DNA from: Candidatus Binatia bacterium
Lineage (GTDB): Bacteria > Desulfobacterota > Binatia > HRBIN30
DNA: 64,000 bases
Reading direction: 5' to 3'
Assembly (NCBI GenBank): GCA_038245295.1
Contig: JBBRSP010000014.1
Coordinates: 64,001 to 128,000 of the forward strand
Shown here in pieces: positions 36,819 through 47,180 of the stretch. The translations under genes were made by a program, and so were the position numbers. The notes beneath the pieces were generated by a model. The model did no database searches. It worked only from the letters and a program-made list of their open reading frames with translations, and was not told where the DNA came from. Positions within the stretch are counted from its first letter, which is position 1; each line of letters opens with the position of its first letter.

Positions 36819-39800
36819 ATGGGATATCTGCACCTGAGGCAAGTTGTTCGCTTCATTACTTCCCTGGCCGCCGCCGCCCTTCTGGCGCACGCGATCACTC
36901 ATCCGGCGGCCGCCACCCCTGTGAAGACTCACCCGCGCTTGTGGGTGAGAGCTTCCGACATCCCCGAGTTGCAGAGTCGTATGGTCCCCACCAACCCGCT
37001 ATGGGTGTCCTTCAACAGTTTCGTGCAGACCGCGCTGGCCGACTACCAGAACGGCAAGGTCCCGAATCTCGACCCGGGCTGGCACACCGGCAACATCCCC
37101 TACACTTCCGAGCTTTGGGGTATGGTCTTCGCGTTCATGTCGCTGATCGAGCCGAACGCGACGCAGAAGCAGATGTACACGACGGCGGCCAAGGACTGCC
37201 TGATGCACATCATCAACCAGGCCTATCTCGGACCCGGCACCCCAGACGCCAACGGCAACTACCCGCCGTTCCGCCACCCCGATTTCCCGAATGCCGATCG
37301 CGGCTTCTATAATGAAGCGTTCCCCCTGATGGTCGACTGGCTACAAGCGCAGCCGGGGGTCCTGACGGCCGACGACCTCGGCAAGATCCGCAAGACCTTC
37401 CTCTGGTGGGCCCTGTCTTCAGAGTCCGCCGTCTACTTTTCGCCGAACAACCCCAATCACCTCGTCAACGATCCGACCCTGCTGCACCTGACGCCGCCGG
37501 CATCGTCGTACGACATCGACAATCGCGCCGTGCCGCGCGACGCCCTCAACAACCACTACGCCAACCGGCTGCGCATGCAGATCATGATGGCCCTTGCATT
37601 CGATCCGGCCAACGACGTGTCGGTAGCCCCCGGCGACATCGACACGCCGGGCGCCCTTACCGGATACATCGTCGGTCCGGGCGGCCCGGCCGACTGGCTC
37701 TACCAGAACAAAGGCTACCTCCGCCTCGGCACGGGGAGCTGGTTGTATTTGACGGACTACGGTCTGCGTCACGACACCGGCAACGGCATGTCGCCGGAGG
37801 GTCTGGAGTACATGTCGAATGGCCTCGGACCCATCGCCTTCGCCATGCTGATGCTGCAGACAGCCGGCCAGGACGATCCGAATCAGTGGGGGCCACAAGT
37901 CGTGCTCAACGGTCATCCCTTCTGGAAGGACAGCGTCGATGCCTTCTTACATCAGTTGCCGCCGTCGACTCGCTTCGTCAAAGACTACGAACATGTCGGG
38001 CCGAGCTTCGACATGGCCTGGTATGGCGACGGCGAGAATTACGTCCAGAATGATCAATACATCAAAGTCCTGGCGCCGCTGGCGCTGGCCGACCAATACC
38101 GCACCGGCAACATCAACGAACCGCGCACGCAAGCCGTGCGTTACATCGAGCAGTACCTCGCGCCGGGCGGTGCGGCCAAATTCGCCAGTCGCATCACATC
38201 CAATTACGGCAACCGCACCTTCCGCGATGCGATTCAGCAGTTCTTGCTTTACGACCCGGACGCCGCCGCGCCGACCGATCCGCGCCTGAGCCTCCCGAAC
38301 ACGGTCTTCTCCGCCTTCAATCCAGCCGGAACCATGGGTTCTATCCACTCGCGCACCGGCCTCGGCGAGAACCAGAGTTACTTCGACTACCGCCTCGGCT
38401 GGATGCGCATCGATCATCAGCACGGCGACGGCAATAGCTTTGAGCTGTGGCGCAATGGCGTGTGGCTCACCAAGCGCTCGATCGGTTACGGCGCCGTCGC
38501 GTCGAATGCCGACTACAACAACGCCTTCACGATCCAGAACAACACGCTGCCGATCAACGATACGTTCGAGAATCACAAGACGGCCAATCGCCATGGCTCG
38601 CAGTACACGTACAGCCAGGCCGCCGACCCGGCGCTGGTCGCCAAGAGTCTGGCGCAGAATTTTCTCTACGTCAGCGGCGACGCCAGCGGTCTCTACAATA
38701 TCTATTCAGACGCGGTCATCAACGACGTGCAACACGCCAGCCGCTCCATCGTCTGGTTGAAACCCGATTACGTGGTCGTCTACGACCGCGCCACGACGGC
38801 CACCGCCGGCCGTTTCAAACGCTTCTGGCTGTCGCTCTCCGACGTGCCACAGATCAGCGGCAACACGACACACACGACAGTAACCGACACACACTACGTG
38901 AGCGGCGTTCTCACCAGCACACCGAAGGCGGAGCTCTTCACAACGACGCTGCTGCCCGTCGGCGCGACTCTGTCGACCGACTTGCGTCGCCAGATGACCT
39001 ACAGCTGTCAGCTTGCCGATCACTCGACGGTGGACTGCGACACGCCGGCGGCAAGCCAATGCGTCTATGCCGACAGCGCGACCGGTCGATGCAATTGTCC
39101 GGCCCAGGGATCGCTACCGCCCGAGTGGAACGGCACGTGTCCCTGTCAATGTGGCGACCAGACAGCCGCCGGCGAACCGATGGATGTTCGCCTGCGCGTC
39201 GACGCACCAGGTGGTCCGGCCAACAGCCGCTTCCTCAATGTTCTGCAGAGTAGTGATCTCGGAGCGACGCAAAACACGGCCAGCAGCATCACCTCGTCGT
39301 CTGGCAACGCCTACGACGGCGCCGTGGTCAACAACGCGGTGGTGCTATTTCCGGTGAACCTGGACACGGCGTTTGCCGGTATGACTTACAGCGTCCCGAA
39401 CACGACGACCGGACATCTCATCACGGGGCTCACCTCCAACGCGGTCTATTACGTCACCCAACAAACCAATGGCGGAATGACCACGGTGACGGTGAACCCG
39501 AGTGCTCCGGGAACCCAGGCGATCACGGACAGTGGCGGCGTGCTCGTCCTCGGGTCGATCGAGCCGGCCAACGTCAGTATTGTCGCCACCGACCCCAACG
39601 GCGCCGAAGCCGACAGCGATCCGCTTTCCTTCACGATCAATCGCAGCGGTAGCACGGCGGCAGCGCTCGTCGTTCACTACTCGCTGAGCGGGACGGCCAC
39701 CAACGGCAGCGACTACGGAACACTCAACGGTGCCATCACCATCGCGGCAGAAAGTGTCAGCGCGGTGCTGACGGTTGCGCCAATCAACGATCCGACGTTC

Positions 39801-42653
39801 GAAGGCACCGAGACGGTTGTTGTCAAACTGACGCCCGATGCGGCCTACTTCGCCGCCGATGGCGTCAACAGCGCCAGCGGCCAGATCGCTGACAATGACC
39901 CGCCGCCCGGCGGCTTCCTGCAGTTCAGCAGCGCCACCTACAACGCCGCCGAGAATGTCGGCATCGCGGCGCTCCTCGTCACACGCAGCGGCAGCAGCAG
40001 CGGTAGCGTGAGTGTCCTGTGTACGACATCAAACGGCAGTGCCCTCGCCGGCTCGGATTACACGAGCACATCGGCAACTCTCACCTGGGGGCCAGGCGAG
40101 ACGGTCGCCAAGGCCTGCAACGTGCCGATCCTCGACGACACGACCTACGAGGCCAACGAGACAGTTCTCGTGACGCTCTCAAACGCAACCGGCCAGGCGG
40201 CAGTCGGGGTGCCTGGAAGTGCGACACTCACCATCGTCGAGGATGATCCGGCACCTCCCGGGCAAATCGTGCTGAACACCTCAACCGTCACGGTTGCCGA
40301 AGGCGGCGGCAGTGTGACGCTTACCGTGAAACGCATCAACGGCACCGGTGGTGCGGCGAGCGTCAACTACGCCACTTCCAACGGCTCGGCGACAGCCGGC
40401 TCCGACTACACGGCAAACTCGGGCACCCTCATGTGGGCGAGTGGCGACAACACCGACCAGACGATTACCATCAACATTACGTCGGATGATCTATACGAGG
40501 GCGGCGACGAAACGTTCTCGTTCGACCTGAGTGGCGCGACGATCGCCCTTGGGACGCCGAGCAGCGCGACGATCACCATCATCGACGACGACCCGCAACC
40601 CCTCGAATATGATGTCGGCCCAGGATGGCCGTTCCCGACCATCAGCGACGTGCCGTGGCAGTCGCTTGTCGCCGCAAGTATCGTGCGCATCCACGGCGAG
40701 GGCTCGCCGTACCATGAGAAGTTCCTCATCTCGAGTCGCGGTACGGCGGCGCAGCCCATCCAGGTGCTGGGAATTGCGGGGCCCGCCGGCCAACCGGTCG
40801 TCATCGACGGCGCCAACGCCACCAGCAGTGCGGCTCTGCACTACGTCTCGTCGATGTTCACCGAGTCGCACAGTATTGTTGCCGTGGCGCGCGATACCCT
40901 CGACAACAGCGGCTTCAAGCCCGGCTACATCGAGATCGATGGGCTCGAGATCAGGAATGCCACAGGCAATTTCACAACGACGACGGGACAGCCGGCAACC
41001 TACTCGAGCTTCGCGGCGGCGGTTCTCCTTCAAGGAGCGGAACACGTCAGCGTGCGCCATTGCGTGCTGCACGACTCGGCCAACGGACTCATGGTGGAAT
41101 CGCAAGGCAGCGAAGCCGACGTGGCGCGCGATGTCCTCGTTCAGAACAACCACATCTACAGCAACGGCTGGGCCGGCAACTACAACGGGCGGAACATTCA
41201 GATCCAGGCGGCAGGAGTTCGCATCGAAGCCAATCGCCTCGACACACCGGTGAACGGCAGCAATGCCTACAACGTGGAAGATCACTCGTCAGGCGCGGTG
41301 ATTCGATACAACCGCATCGAAGGTGGCGGTCGCCTGGTGCAGCTCTCCGACAGCAACAGCGCGGTGATTCGGGCCGAAGCCGACTACGGCAAGGCGATGG
41401 TCTACGGCAATCTCCTGCTCGACGGTCCGAACAACCCCGGCTCTCTCGTTTTCTACGGCGGCGATAGCGGCACCACGGGCAACTATCGCAAGGGCACGTT
41501 GTACTTCTTCCACAATACGATCGTCATTGACTCGACCGAGTGGGAACCATCGGTCTTCGCCCTGGCGACCAACGCCGAGTCTCTCGATGCACGCAACAAC
41601 ATCTTCTACCGCCATCCTGTCGGCATCTCGCTCGGCAGCGCCAGCCTGCGCCTGATGCCGGGCAACGGTGTCGCAACGCTCGGCAACAACTGGATCAGCA
41701 GCGGTTGGCAGGCCGGCGGCAACGTCACGTACAATCCGGGGACGCAGATCGTCGGCACCCTGCCCGGCTTCGTCGACTACGCCAACGGCGACCTGCACCT
41801 CGCGACGAATGCGACGGCGCGTGATCAAGGCGGTGGGCTCAACGCCGCAACCGTCGGCACCTATGATGTTACGGAACAGTATGTCGATGTTGCGACGCTG
41901 GAGCAGCGGCCGGTGGATGCGGCGGGCGATCTCGGGGCTTTCGAGTTTGGCAGTGTGCTGCCTACTCCCACAAGGAGCGCAACGACAACAGGGACTGCAA
42001 CGACGACGGTGACGCCTACGGCTACGGTCAGCGTCACGCCAACGACGACTCCGACGACCACAGCCAGCCCTTCGGTAACCGTGACGCCCACGGTGAGCCC
42101 GACCGGCACCGCCACGGTTTCACCGACCGTTACCGCTACACCGACCTCTACACCACTGGTGTGCTCGGCGGGGGTTGCGATGCGCGGGGCACGGCTCGCG
42201 CTCAAGGGAACACCGTTCGCCCTTCGCCTAACGGGCAATGCTGTGCTGCCGAAGCCGTGGGTCGCGGTTGATCCGCTCAACAATGGGTTTCGTGTCGCCA
42301 TCAGCGACGACGTTGGAACCAACGTAGATCGAACAGTGCCGGGTGGGGCCAAGGTGAACGGGACTGGGTGGACCATCAACGCGACGGGGCGGCGTTGGGT
42401 CTATGTCGATCCGGCAGGTAGTATCGGCGGCATCAAGCGCATCGTCATTCGCGATCGTTCGCTGCTCGAGAATGGACGGGTCAGCTGGTTTGTGATCGCC
42501 AAGGGCGACGCAATTGCCCTCCCGGACCCCAATGGCGTGCGCGCTGCCGTTGTCGTCGGCTCACCAACCGAGTGCGCCGCATTCACCTGGAATGGGCCGC
42601 TGGCGTCACGGCCGCGATGTAATCTCAGGTCGGGCCGGCTGGTTTGCCGATGA
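36819..42653 (+). CDS. Very large secreted multi-module protein: heparinase II/III-like lyase, three Calx-beta domains, parallel beta-helix, Thr/Pro linker, C-terminal domain
   Basis: Signal peptide then HPRLW; DHQHGDGNSFELWRNG; three GTAT/GSA..GSDY...I.DD..E..ET repeats; beta-helix IEIDGLEIRN/N.I..N; DLGAFE; TPTAT stalk. Confidence 0.85.
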   Translation: MGYLHLRQVVRFITSLAAAALLAHAITHPAAATPVKTHPRLWVRASDIPELQSRMVPTNPLWVSFNSFVQTALADYQNGKVPNLDPGWHTGNIPYTSELWGMVFAFMSLIEPNATQKQMYTTAAKDCLMHIINQAYLGPGTPDANGNYPPFRHPDFPNADRGFYNEAFPLMVDWLQAQPGVLTADDLGKIRKTFLWWALSSESAVYFSPNNPNHLVNDPTLLHLTPPASSYDIDNRAVPRDALNNHYANRLRMQIMMALAFDPANDVSVAPGDIDTPGALTGYIVGPGGPADWLYQNKGYLRLGTGSWLYLTDYGLRHDTGNGMSPEGLEYMSNGLGPIAFAMLMLQTAGQDDPNQWGPQVVLNGHPFWKDSVDAFLHQLPPSTRFVKDYEHVGPSFDMAWYGDGENYVQNDQYIKVLAPLALADQYRTGNINEPRTQAVRYIEQYLAPGGAAKFASRITSNYGNRTFRDAIQQFLLYDPDAAAPTDPRLSLPNTVFSAFNPAGTMGSIHSRTGLGENQSYFDYRLGWMRIDHQHGDGNSFELWRNGVWLTKRSIGYGAVASNADYNNAFTIQNNTLPINDTFENHKTANRHGSQYTYSQAADPALVAKSLAQNFLYVSGDASGLYNIYSDAVINDVQHASRSIVWLKPDYVVVYDRATTATAGRFKRFWLSLSDVPQISGNTTHTTVTDTHYVSGVLTSTPKAELFTTTLLPVGATLSTDLRRQMTYSCQLADHSTVDCDTPAASQCVYADSATGRCNCPAQGSLPPEWNGTCPCQCGDQTAAGEPMDVRLRVDAPGGPANSRFLNVLQSSDLGATQNTASSITSSSGNAYDGAVVNNAVVLFPVNLDTAFAGMTYSVPNTTTGHLITGLTSNAVYYVTQQTNGGMTTVTVNPSAPGTQAITDSGGVLVLGSIEPANVSIVATDPNGAEADSDPLSFTINRSGSTAAALVVHYSLSGTATNGSDYGTLNGAITIAAESVSAVLTVAPINDPTFEGTETVVVKLTPDAAYFAADGVNSASGQIADNDPPPGGFLQFSSATYNAAENVGIAALLVTRSGSSSGSVSVLCTTSNGSALAGSDYTSTSATLTWGPGETVAKACNVPILDDTTYEANETVLVTLSNATGQAAVGVPGSATLTIVEDDPAPPGQIVLNTSTVTVAEGGGSVTLTVKRINGTGGAASVNYATSNGSATAGSDYTANSGTLMWASGDNTDQTITINITSDDLYEGGDETFSFDLSGATIALGTPSSATITIIDDDPQPLEYDVGPGWPFPTISDVPWQSLVAASIVRIHGEGSPYHEKFLISSRGTAAQPIQVLGIAGPAGQPVVIDGANATSSAALHYVSSMFTESHSIVAVARDTLDNSGFKPGYIEIDGLEIRNATGNFTTTTGQPATYSSFAAAVLLQGAEHVSVRHCVLHDSANGLMVESQGSEADVARDVLVQNNHIYSNGWAGNYNGRNIQIQAAGVRIEANRLDTPVNGSNAYNVEDHSSGAVIRYNRIEGGGRLVQLSDSNSAVIRAEADYGKAMVYGNLLLDGPNNPGSLVFYGGDSGTTGNYRKGTLYFFHNTIVIDSTEWEPSVFALATNAESLDARNNIFYRHPVGISLGSASLRLMPGNGVATLGNNWISSGWQAGGNVTYNPGTQIVGTLPGFVDYANGDLHLATNATARDQGGGLNAATVGTYDVTEQYVDVATLEQRPVDAAGDLGAFEFGSVLPTPTRSATTTGTATTTVTPTATVSVTPTTTPTTTASPSVTVTPTVSPTGTATVSPTVTATPTSTPLVCSAGVAMRGARLALKGTPFALRLTGNAVLPKPWVAVDPLNNGFRVAISDDVGTNVDRTVPGGAKVNGTGWTINATGRRWVYVDPAGSIGGIKRIVIRDRSLLENGRVSWFVIAKGDAIALPDPNGVRAAVVVGSPTECAAFTWNGPLASRPRCNLRSGRLVCR

Positions 42654-43125
42654 GGGATTCCAAGACGCCGGCGCTCTGTTCTTCGAGATCGGCGCAGGCG
42701 AGGAACACGGCGCGACTGGCAGCGTCGGGAGCGTGCTCTGCGAAGGCCCTCCATACCGCGGCACCGGCACGCTCACCTTGCGCCTGCATGCGGAACTGCT
42801 GCGCCAGGGCGCGATCCGCAAACAGCGTGCGGTTGATCTCGGGCAGATCGGGGTTTGCCTTCACGATGGCGGCCTGCGTCGCCGCCGCGTCCGGGAACAG
42901 CCCTTCTATCCGCGCAGCAATCTCTTCTTCGCGTGCCGCACACGCGCGCAGTTCGGAGCGGTGCGAAGCAACCGCCGGCTCATCCGACCAGGCTCGATAG
43001 CGCGCCGCCGCCAGGCGTTCGGCAAACGCGATCAGCAAAGGCTGCTGAGCCCGTGGTACACGCTGAACCACCGAGCCCAGAAGCGCCGCGACGTCGGGCG
43101 GTTCCGTCTGAACATCGATCGACAT
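42625..43125 (-). CDS. Small helical protein, possibly ferritin-like fold
   Basis: Duplicated helix-pair pattern AERLAAARY..CAAREEE / GERAGAAVW..CADLEEQS; AAGGAG RBS before ATG 43125. Confidence 0.65.
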   Translation of the reverse strand: MSIDVQTEPPDVAALLGSVVQRVPRAQQPLLIAFAERLAAARYRAWSDEPAVASHRSELRACAAREEEIAARIEGLFPDAAATQAAIVKANPDLPEINRTLFADRALAQQFRMQAQGERAGAAVWRAFAEHAPDAASRAVFLACADLEEQSAGVLESLIGKPAGPT

Positions 43126-43477
43126 GGCAATCTCCTTCTTCTCACCGATCCCCGTCGAGCGCGAACCTTGAGAGAGTCGCATACTCGGCGCCGCGCGGCG
43201 ACAGCCTGCTTTCGATGAGTTCGATCTGATCGACGCGCCAGGGCTCGATCGGCCGAGCGTTCCTTGGGTAACAAGCGATACGCGGTCTACCCCAGAGGAC
43301 GGTATATCGTCGTGATACCGATTCGTTCCGTTACCGCTAACGCATTCAAGAATTTCACATCTAACCTTTGGACCGAGGACAAACCTCAGTAGCGACACAT
43401 TCGGCTGAGTCCCTCCCCCGGCCGTCGAGGCTCATCTTCTATTGCGCTGGTCGGATCAAATCCTGTAGGCGCAGCGC

Positions 43478-43885
43478 ATGAACGACACGAACGATCTCGT
43501 CATCCAGAGCCCGGCGATCGCACTGGCCGGGCGCATCATGTTCACGCTGATCTTTTTCCTTTCGGGCATCACCCATTTTACCGACGGCGAACGCTACGCC
43601 AATTTGATGCCGGCGGTGATTCCGTTTCGCCTTTTCTGGGTATGGATCTCGGCCGTCTTCGAGCTAGCCGGAGCGGCGATGGTCCTGATCAACTGGCGGC
43701 CACGCCTGGGCGCGTGGCTGATCGCCATCTTCCTCGTGCCGGTGACGATCACGGTACACGGGACGGCGATGATCACGTCACCCGAGGAGCAGATGCGAGC
43801 GATTCAGACATCGTTTTTCTTGAAGGGCATCACCATGACCGGTGCGGCGCTGCTGATTACGCAGCTTGGAGTGAAGCCGCGCTAG
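43478..43885 (+). CDS. DoxX family membrane protein
   Basis: GRIMFTLIFFLSGITHF, ELAGA, FLVPVT..H, FFLKGITM.GAAL. Confidence 0.85.
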   Translation: MNDTNDLVIQSPAIALAGRIMFTLIFFLSGITHFTDGERYANLMPAVIPFRLFWVWISAVFELAGAAMVLINWRPRLGAWLIAIFLVPVTITVHGTAMITSPEEQMRAIQTSFFLKGITMTGAALLITQLGVKPR

Positions 43886-43889
43886 CCAG

Positions 43890-43963
43890 CGCAGGCTGAA
43901 GCCTGCGCCTACCGATTGCCCCCCCCCGAAGCCGACACCGGCAGGCGCAAGCTTCAGCTTGCG
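43890..43963. repeat. Inverted pair of GTAG-type REPs
   Basis: CGCAGGCTGAAGCCTGCGCCTAC ... GCAGGCGCAAGCTTCAGCTTGCG between convergent genes. Confidence 0.8.
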
Positions 43964-43985
43964 GCCGCGAGCAGCGGCTCGTCGC

Positions 43986-45536
43986 TCAGATTTTCTTCTC
44001 CCGTCCAACCCAGTACGGATCCCGCAGCTTGCGTTTGTAGAGCTTGCCGTTGGGATCGCGCGGCAAGGCTTCTATGAAGTCGACCGACTTAGGCGTCTTG
44101 AATTTGGCGATCTTGCTGGCGCAGAAGGCGATGATCTCCTGAGCCAAGGCTGGTCCCGCCTCGAATCCCGGCTCGAGCTCGACCACCGCCTTCACTTCCT
44201 CGCCCCAATCCTCGTTCGGAATACCAAAGGCGGCCGCGTCGGCTACCTTGGGATGCATCAGCAGCGCCGACTCGACCTCAGCTGGATAGATATTCGCCCC
44301 GCCGCTGATGATCATGTCGATCTTGCGGTCACACAGGAACAGGTATCCCTCTTCATTGAGGTAGCCGATGTCGCCGACGGTGAAGAAGCCATCACGGCGA
44401 TTGGCATCCGTCTTCTCCTTGTCCTTGTGATACTCGAAGTCGGCGACGCCCAGCTTCATGTATACCGTGCCTGGTTGATTCGTCGGACAATCGGCACCCT
44501 GGTCATCCAGAATTCGCAGCTCGGAGCTCGGCCAGGCGCGCCCGACTGTGCCGGGATACTGCAGCCACTCCTGCGGTGTCACCAGCGAGCCGCCGCCTTC
44601 GCTGGCCGCGTAGTACTCGTAGATCACCGGGCCCCACCAATCGAGCATGCGGCGCTTGACGTCGACCGGACATGGCGCGGCGGCGTGAATGACGTGACGC
44701 CAGGAGCTGACGTCGTATTTCTTCTTGATGTCCTCGGGCAGAGCCAGCAAACGATGGAACTGCGTCGGCACCATATGCGTTACGGTGGTGCGGTACTTCT
44801 CGACGATTTGCAGACAGGTCTCGGGCGTCCACTTGTCCATCAACACCACCGTGTGGCCGTAGTGCAGCGACGAGCCGGCGAACATGAGCACGGCGGTGTG
44901 GTAGAGAGGTGAACCGGTCAGATGAACATTGTCGTTTTCCGGTTCGACGCCGAACATCGCCAGGAACATGGCGAACATCGAAAACATCATATCGGGATCG
45001 AAGGGCGACAACGGTCGGCGCACGCCCTTCGGCCGCCCCGTCGTGCCAGAGGTGTAGTTCATCACCTGGCCGGCAACCCGATTGTCCGGCATCGTCGTCG
45101 GCTGCCCGGCGCTCAACTCGTCATAGGAACGGAAGCCCGGAACCGGACCAACCGCGAACCGACGCTCTTTGGCAAAGTTGATTTCGTCGGCGGCACCGCT
45201 GCAGATGGCGGCGAACTTGTCGGAGCCGATGAACACCTTGGCCTCGGAGTTGTCGACGATGTACGCCACCTCGGACGCCGCCAGGTGATTGTTGATGGGC
45301 ACCAGGTAGAGACCGATCTGCGCCGTGGCCAGATAGATCTCGATCATCTCCGCCGAGTTCGGCAGCACGGCGGCGACGACATCGCCCTGCTGTAAGCCAA
45401 GCCCACGCAACCCATGCGATACCTGGTTGGCCTTGGCCAGAAGCTGGCCCGCTGTGAGTTCGCGCCCGCTGGGATCGACGAGAGCCAGATGTTCGGGGTT
45501 GCGTTGCGCGACGTTCCAAAATCCATAATCAGGCAT
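43986..45536 (-). CDS. Acyl-CoA synthetase (fatty acid-CoA ligase)
   Basis: YTSGTTGRPKG, HAAAPCP, EYYAASEG, TVGDIGY, ISGGANIYPAEVE, GKLYKRKLR. Confidence 0.95.
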   Translation of the reverse strand: MPDYGFWNVAQRNPEHLALVDPSGRELTAGQLLAKANQVSHGLRGLGLQQGDVVAAVLPNSAEMIEIYLATAQIGLYLVPINNHLAASEVAYIVDNSEAKVFIGSDKFAAICSGAADEINFAKERRFAVGPVPGFRSYDELSAGQPTTMPDNRVAGQVMNYTSGTTGRPKGVRRPLSPFDPDMMFSMFAMFLAMFGVEPENDNVHLTGSPLYHTAVLMFAGSSLHYGHTVVLMDKWTPETCLQIVEKYRTTVTHMVPTQFHRLLALPEDIKKKYDVSSWRHVIHAAAPCPVDVKRRMLDWWGPVIYEYYAASEGGGSLVTPQEWLQYPGTVGRAWPSSELRILDDQGADCPTNQPGTVYMKLGVADFEYHKDKEKTDANRRDGFFTVGDIGYLNEEGYLFLCDRKIDMIISGGANIYPAEVESALLMHPKVADAAAFGIPNEDWGEEVKAVVELEPGFEAGPALAQEIIAFCASKIAKFKTPKSVDFIEALPRDPNGKLYKRKLRDPYWVGREKKI

Positions 45537-45577
45537 CCTGATGACCCTTCCGTTGCGATAGCTGTCTAAACCCCAAC

Positions 45578-45835
45578 GTCGTCCCGGCTAAGGCCGGGAC
45601 CCAGTGCCGGAATGACATCCGCACGTCAGGCACACGATCCATCACTGGATCCCGGCCTTCGAGACTGTCGATTTTCTTTGATTCAGCGTTTGAGCCAGCG
45701 CAAACACCCCCGTCATACCGGCGAAAGCCGGGATCTTGCCAGCTTTCGAGGCTTCCAGCAGGGGGAGATCCCGGTTTTCACCGGGATGACGTTGCTCCAC
45801 TTTGGCTTTACGACACACTCTTTCGCCGGGATGAC
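45578..45835. mobile_element. REP doublet with a 160-bp MITE (45661-45820) inserted in the hairpin loop
   Basis: GGATCCCGGC-CTTC | GAGACTGTCG...CGACACACTC | TTTC-GCCGGGATGAC; insert is the reverse complement homologue of 34113-34273. Confidence 0.85.
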
Positions 45836-45843
45836 GAACAGCC

Positions 45844-47022
45844 TCATCGCGGCAATCCCAGTATCCGCTGCGCAATAACGTTGCGTTGGATCTCCGAGGT
45901 GCCACCCATGATGGTTTCCGAGCGCGAGTACATGTACTCACGCGCGATGTCTTCGCGATCGGCGCCGTCGTCGCCTTCGTACGACACGCCGTCATTGCCC
46001 AGCACGTACATGGCGACCTCCTGCAAACGCTGGTCGGTTTCGCTTCCGAGGATCTTTTCGATCGAGCTCTCGGCGCCGGGATGACCGGTGCGCAGCAGAT
46101 TCGTCAGGCTGCGGTACCCGCTCAGCTTGAGTAGCTCTACCTCGATATAGGATTGTACCAGGCGCTGCCGGCACAAGGCGTCGGCCTGCATGTGTTGCTT
46201 GCGCGCAAATCGCACCATGCGCTCGTAGCTGCGGCGGATCTTGCGTTGGAAGGTGAAGGTCCATACGGGGCCACGCTCGTGGGCCAGGATCCCCATGGCG
46301 ATCTGCCACCCGGCGCCGCCGGCACCAACCATGTTCGCGACAGGCACACGGACATTGTCGAAGAACACTTCGCAGAACTCGGCTTCGCCGGTCATCTGCT
46401 GTAGCGGCCGCACCTCGATCCCCGGCGTGGTCATCGGCACCAACAACAGGCTGATGCCTTTGTGTTTTGGCTGATCGAGCTCGGTGCGACAGAGAAGGAA
46501 ACAGAAGTCGGCAAGATCGGCGTGGCTCGTCCACACCTTCTGGCCGTTGACGATGAAGTCGTCGCCGTCACGTTCGGCGCGGGTTTTGAGCGACGCCAGG
46601 TCCGAACCGGCGCCCGGTTCCGAAAACCCCTGACACCACAGATCACCGCCCGACAGCAGCGGCCGTAGGAAGCGATCCTTCTGCGCCTGGGAGCCGTGGT
46701 TCAAGATTGCCGAACCGATGAGATCGACGGCGCCGCTACTGGCGATCGGCCGCGGGGCACCGACACGATCGAGCTGTTCTTCAAACAACCAGCGCTCGAC
46801 GACGGTCGCGCCACGGCCGCCATTTTCCTTGCTCCAGGCGATCGCCGCCCAGCCGCCTTGGGCGAGCTTGGCTTGCCACTCACGCGCGATCACTTTCCAG
46901 AGAGGGTCGTCGGAACGGGCCCACGCGTGGTCCTTACGCCAATAGGCCGGCACGTTACCTTCGAGCCAGTCGCGCGCCTCTTTGGCGAATGCCAATTCTT
47001 TCTCTGAGAAGGAGAAATCCAT
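45844..47022 (-). CDS. Acyl-CoA dehydrogenase
   Basis: WCQGFSEPGAGSDLASL, NGQKVWTS, EFCEVFF, HER, TIMGGTSEIQRN. Confidence 0.95.
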   Translation of the reverse strand: MDFSFSEKELAFAKEARDWLEGNVPAYWRKDHAWARSDDPLWKVIAREWQAKLAQGGWAAIAWSKENGGRGATVVERWLFEEQLDRVGAPRPIASSGAVDLIGSAILNHGSQAQKDRFLRPLLSGGDLWCQGFSEPGAGSDLASLKTRAERDGDDFIVNGQKVWTSHADLADFCFLLCRTELDQPKHKGISLLLVPMTTPGIEVRPLQQMTGEAEFCEVFFDNVRVPVANMVGAGGAGWQIAMGILAHERGPVWTFTFQRKIRRSYERMVRFARKQHMQADALCRQRLVQSYIEVELLKLSGYRSLTNLLRTGHPGAESSIEKILGSETDQRLQEVAMYVLGNDGVSYEGDDGADREDIAREYMYSRSETIMGGTSEIQRNVIAQRILGLPR

Positions 47023-47030
47023 GGGGTCGG

Positions 47031-47059
47031 TATCAACCGAACAAACGTTTGGTTGTCAA
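47031..47059 (-). promoter_or_regulatory. Putative sigma70 promoter with overlapping palindromic (TetR-like) operator
   Basis: TTGACA at 47059-47054; spacer contains CAAACGTTTG; weak -10 about 8 nt before ATG 47022. Confidence 0.5.
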
Positions 47060-47180
47060 GCAATGCTGGTGACGTGCCCCCCAATTGACCGCAAGGACTG
47101 CGGCGACAGCAACGACACTCTTCACTGACGGTTGCCGGCCTCCACTCGAACAGGCCTTGGTGAGGGCGTCTAACGATCGA

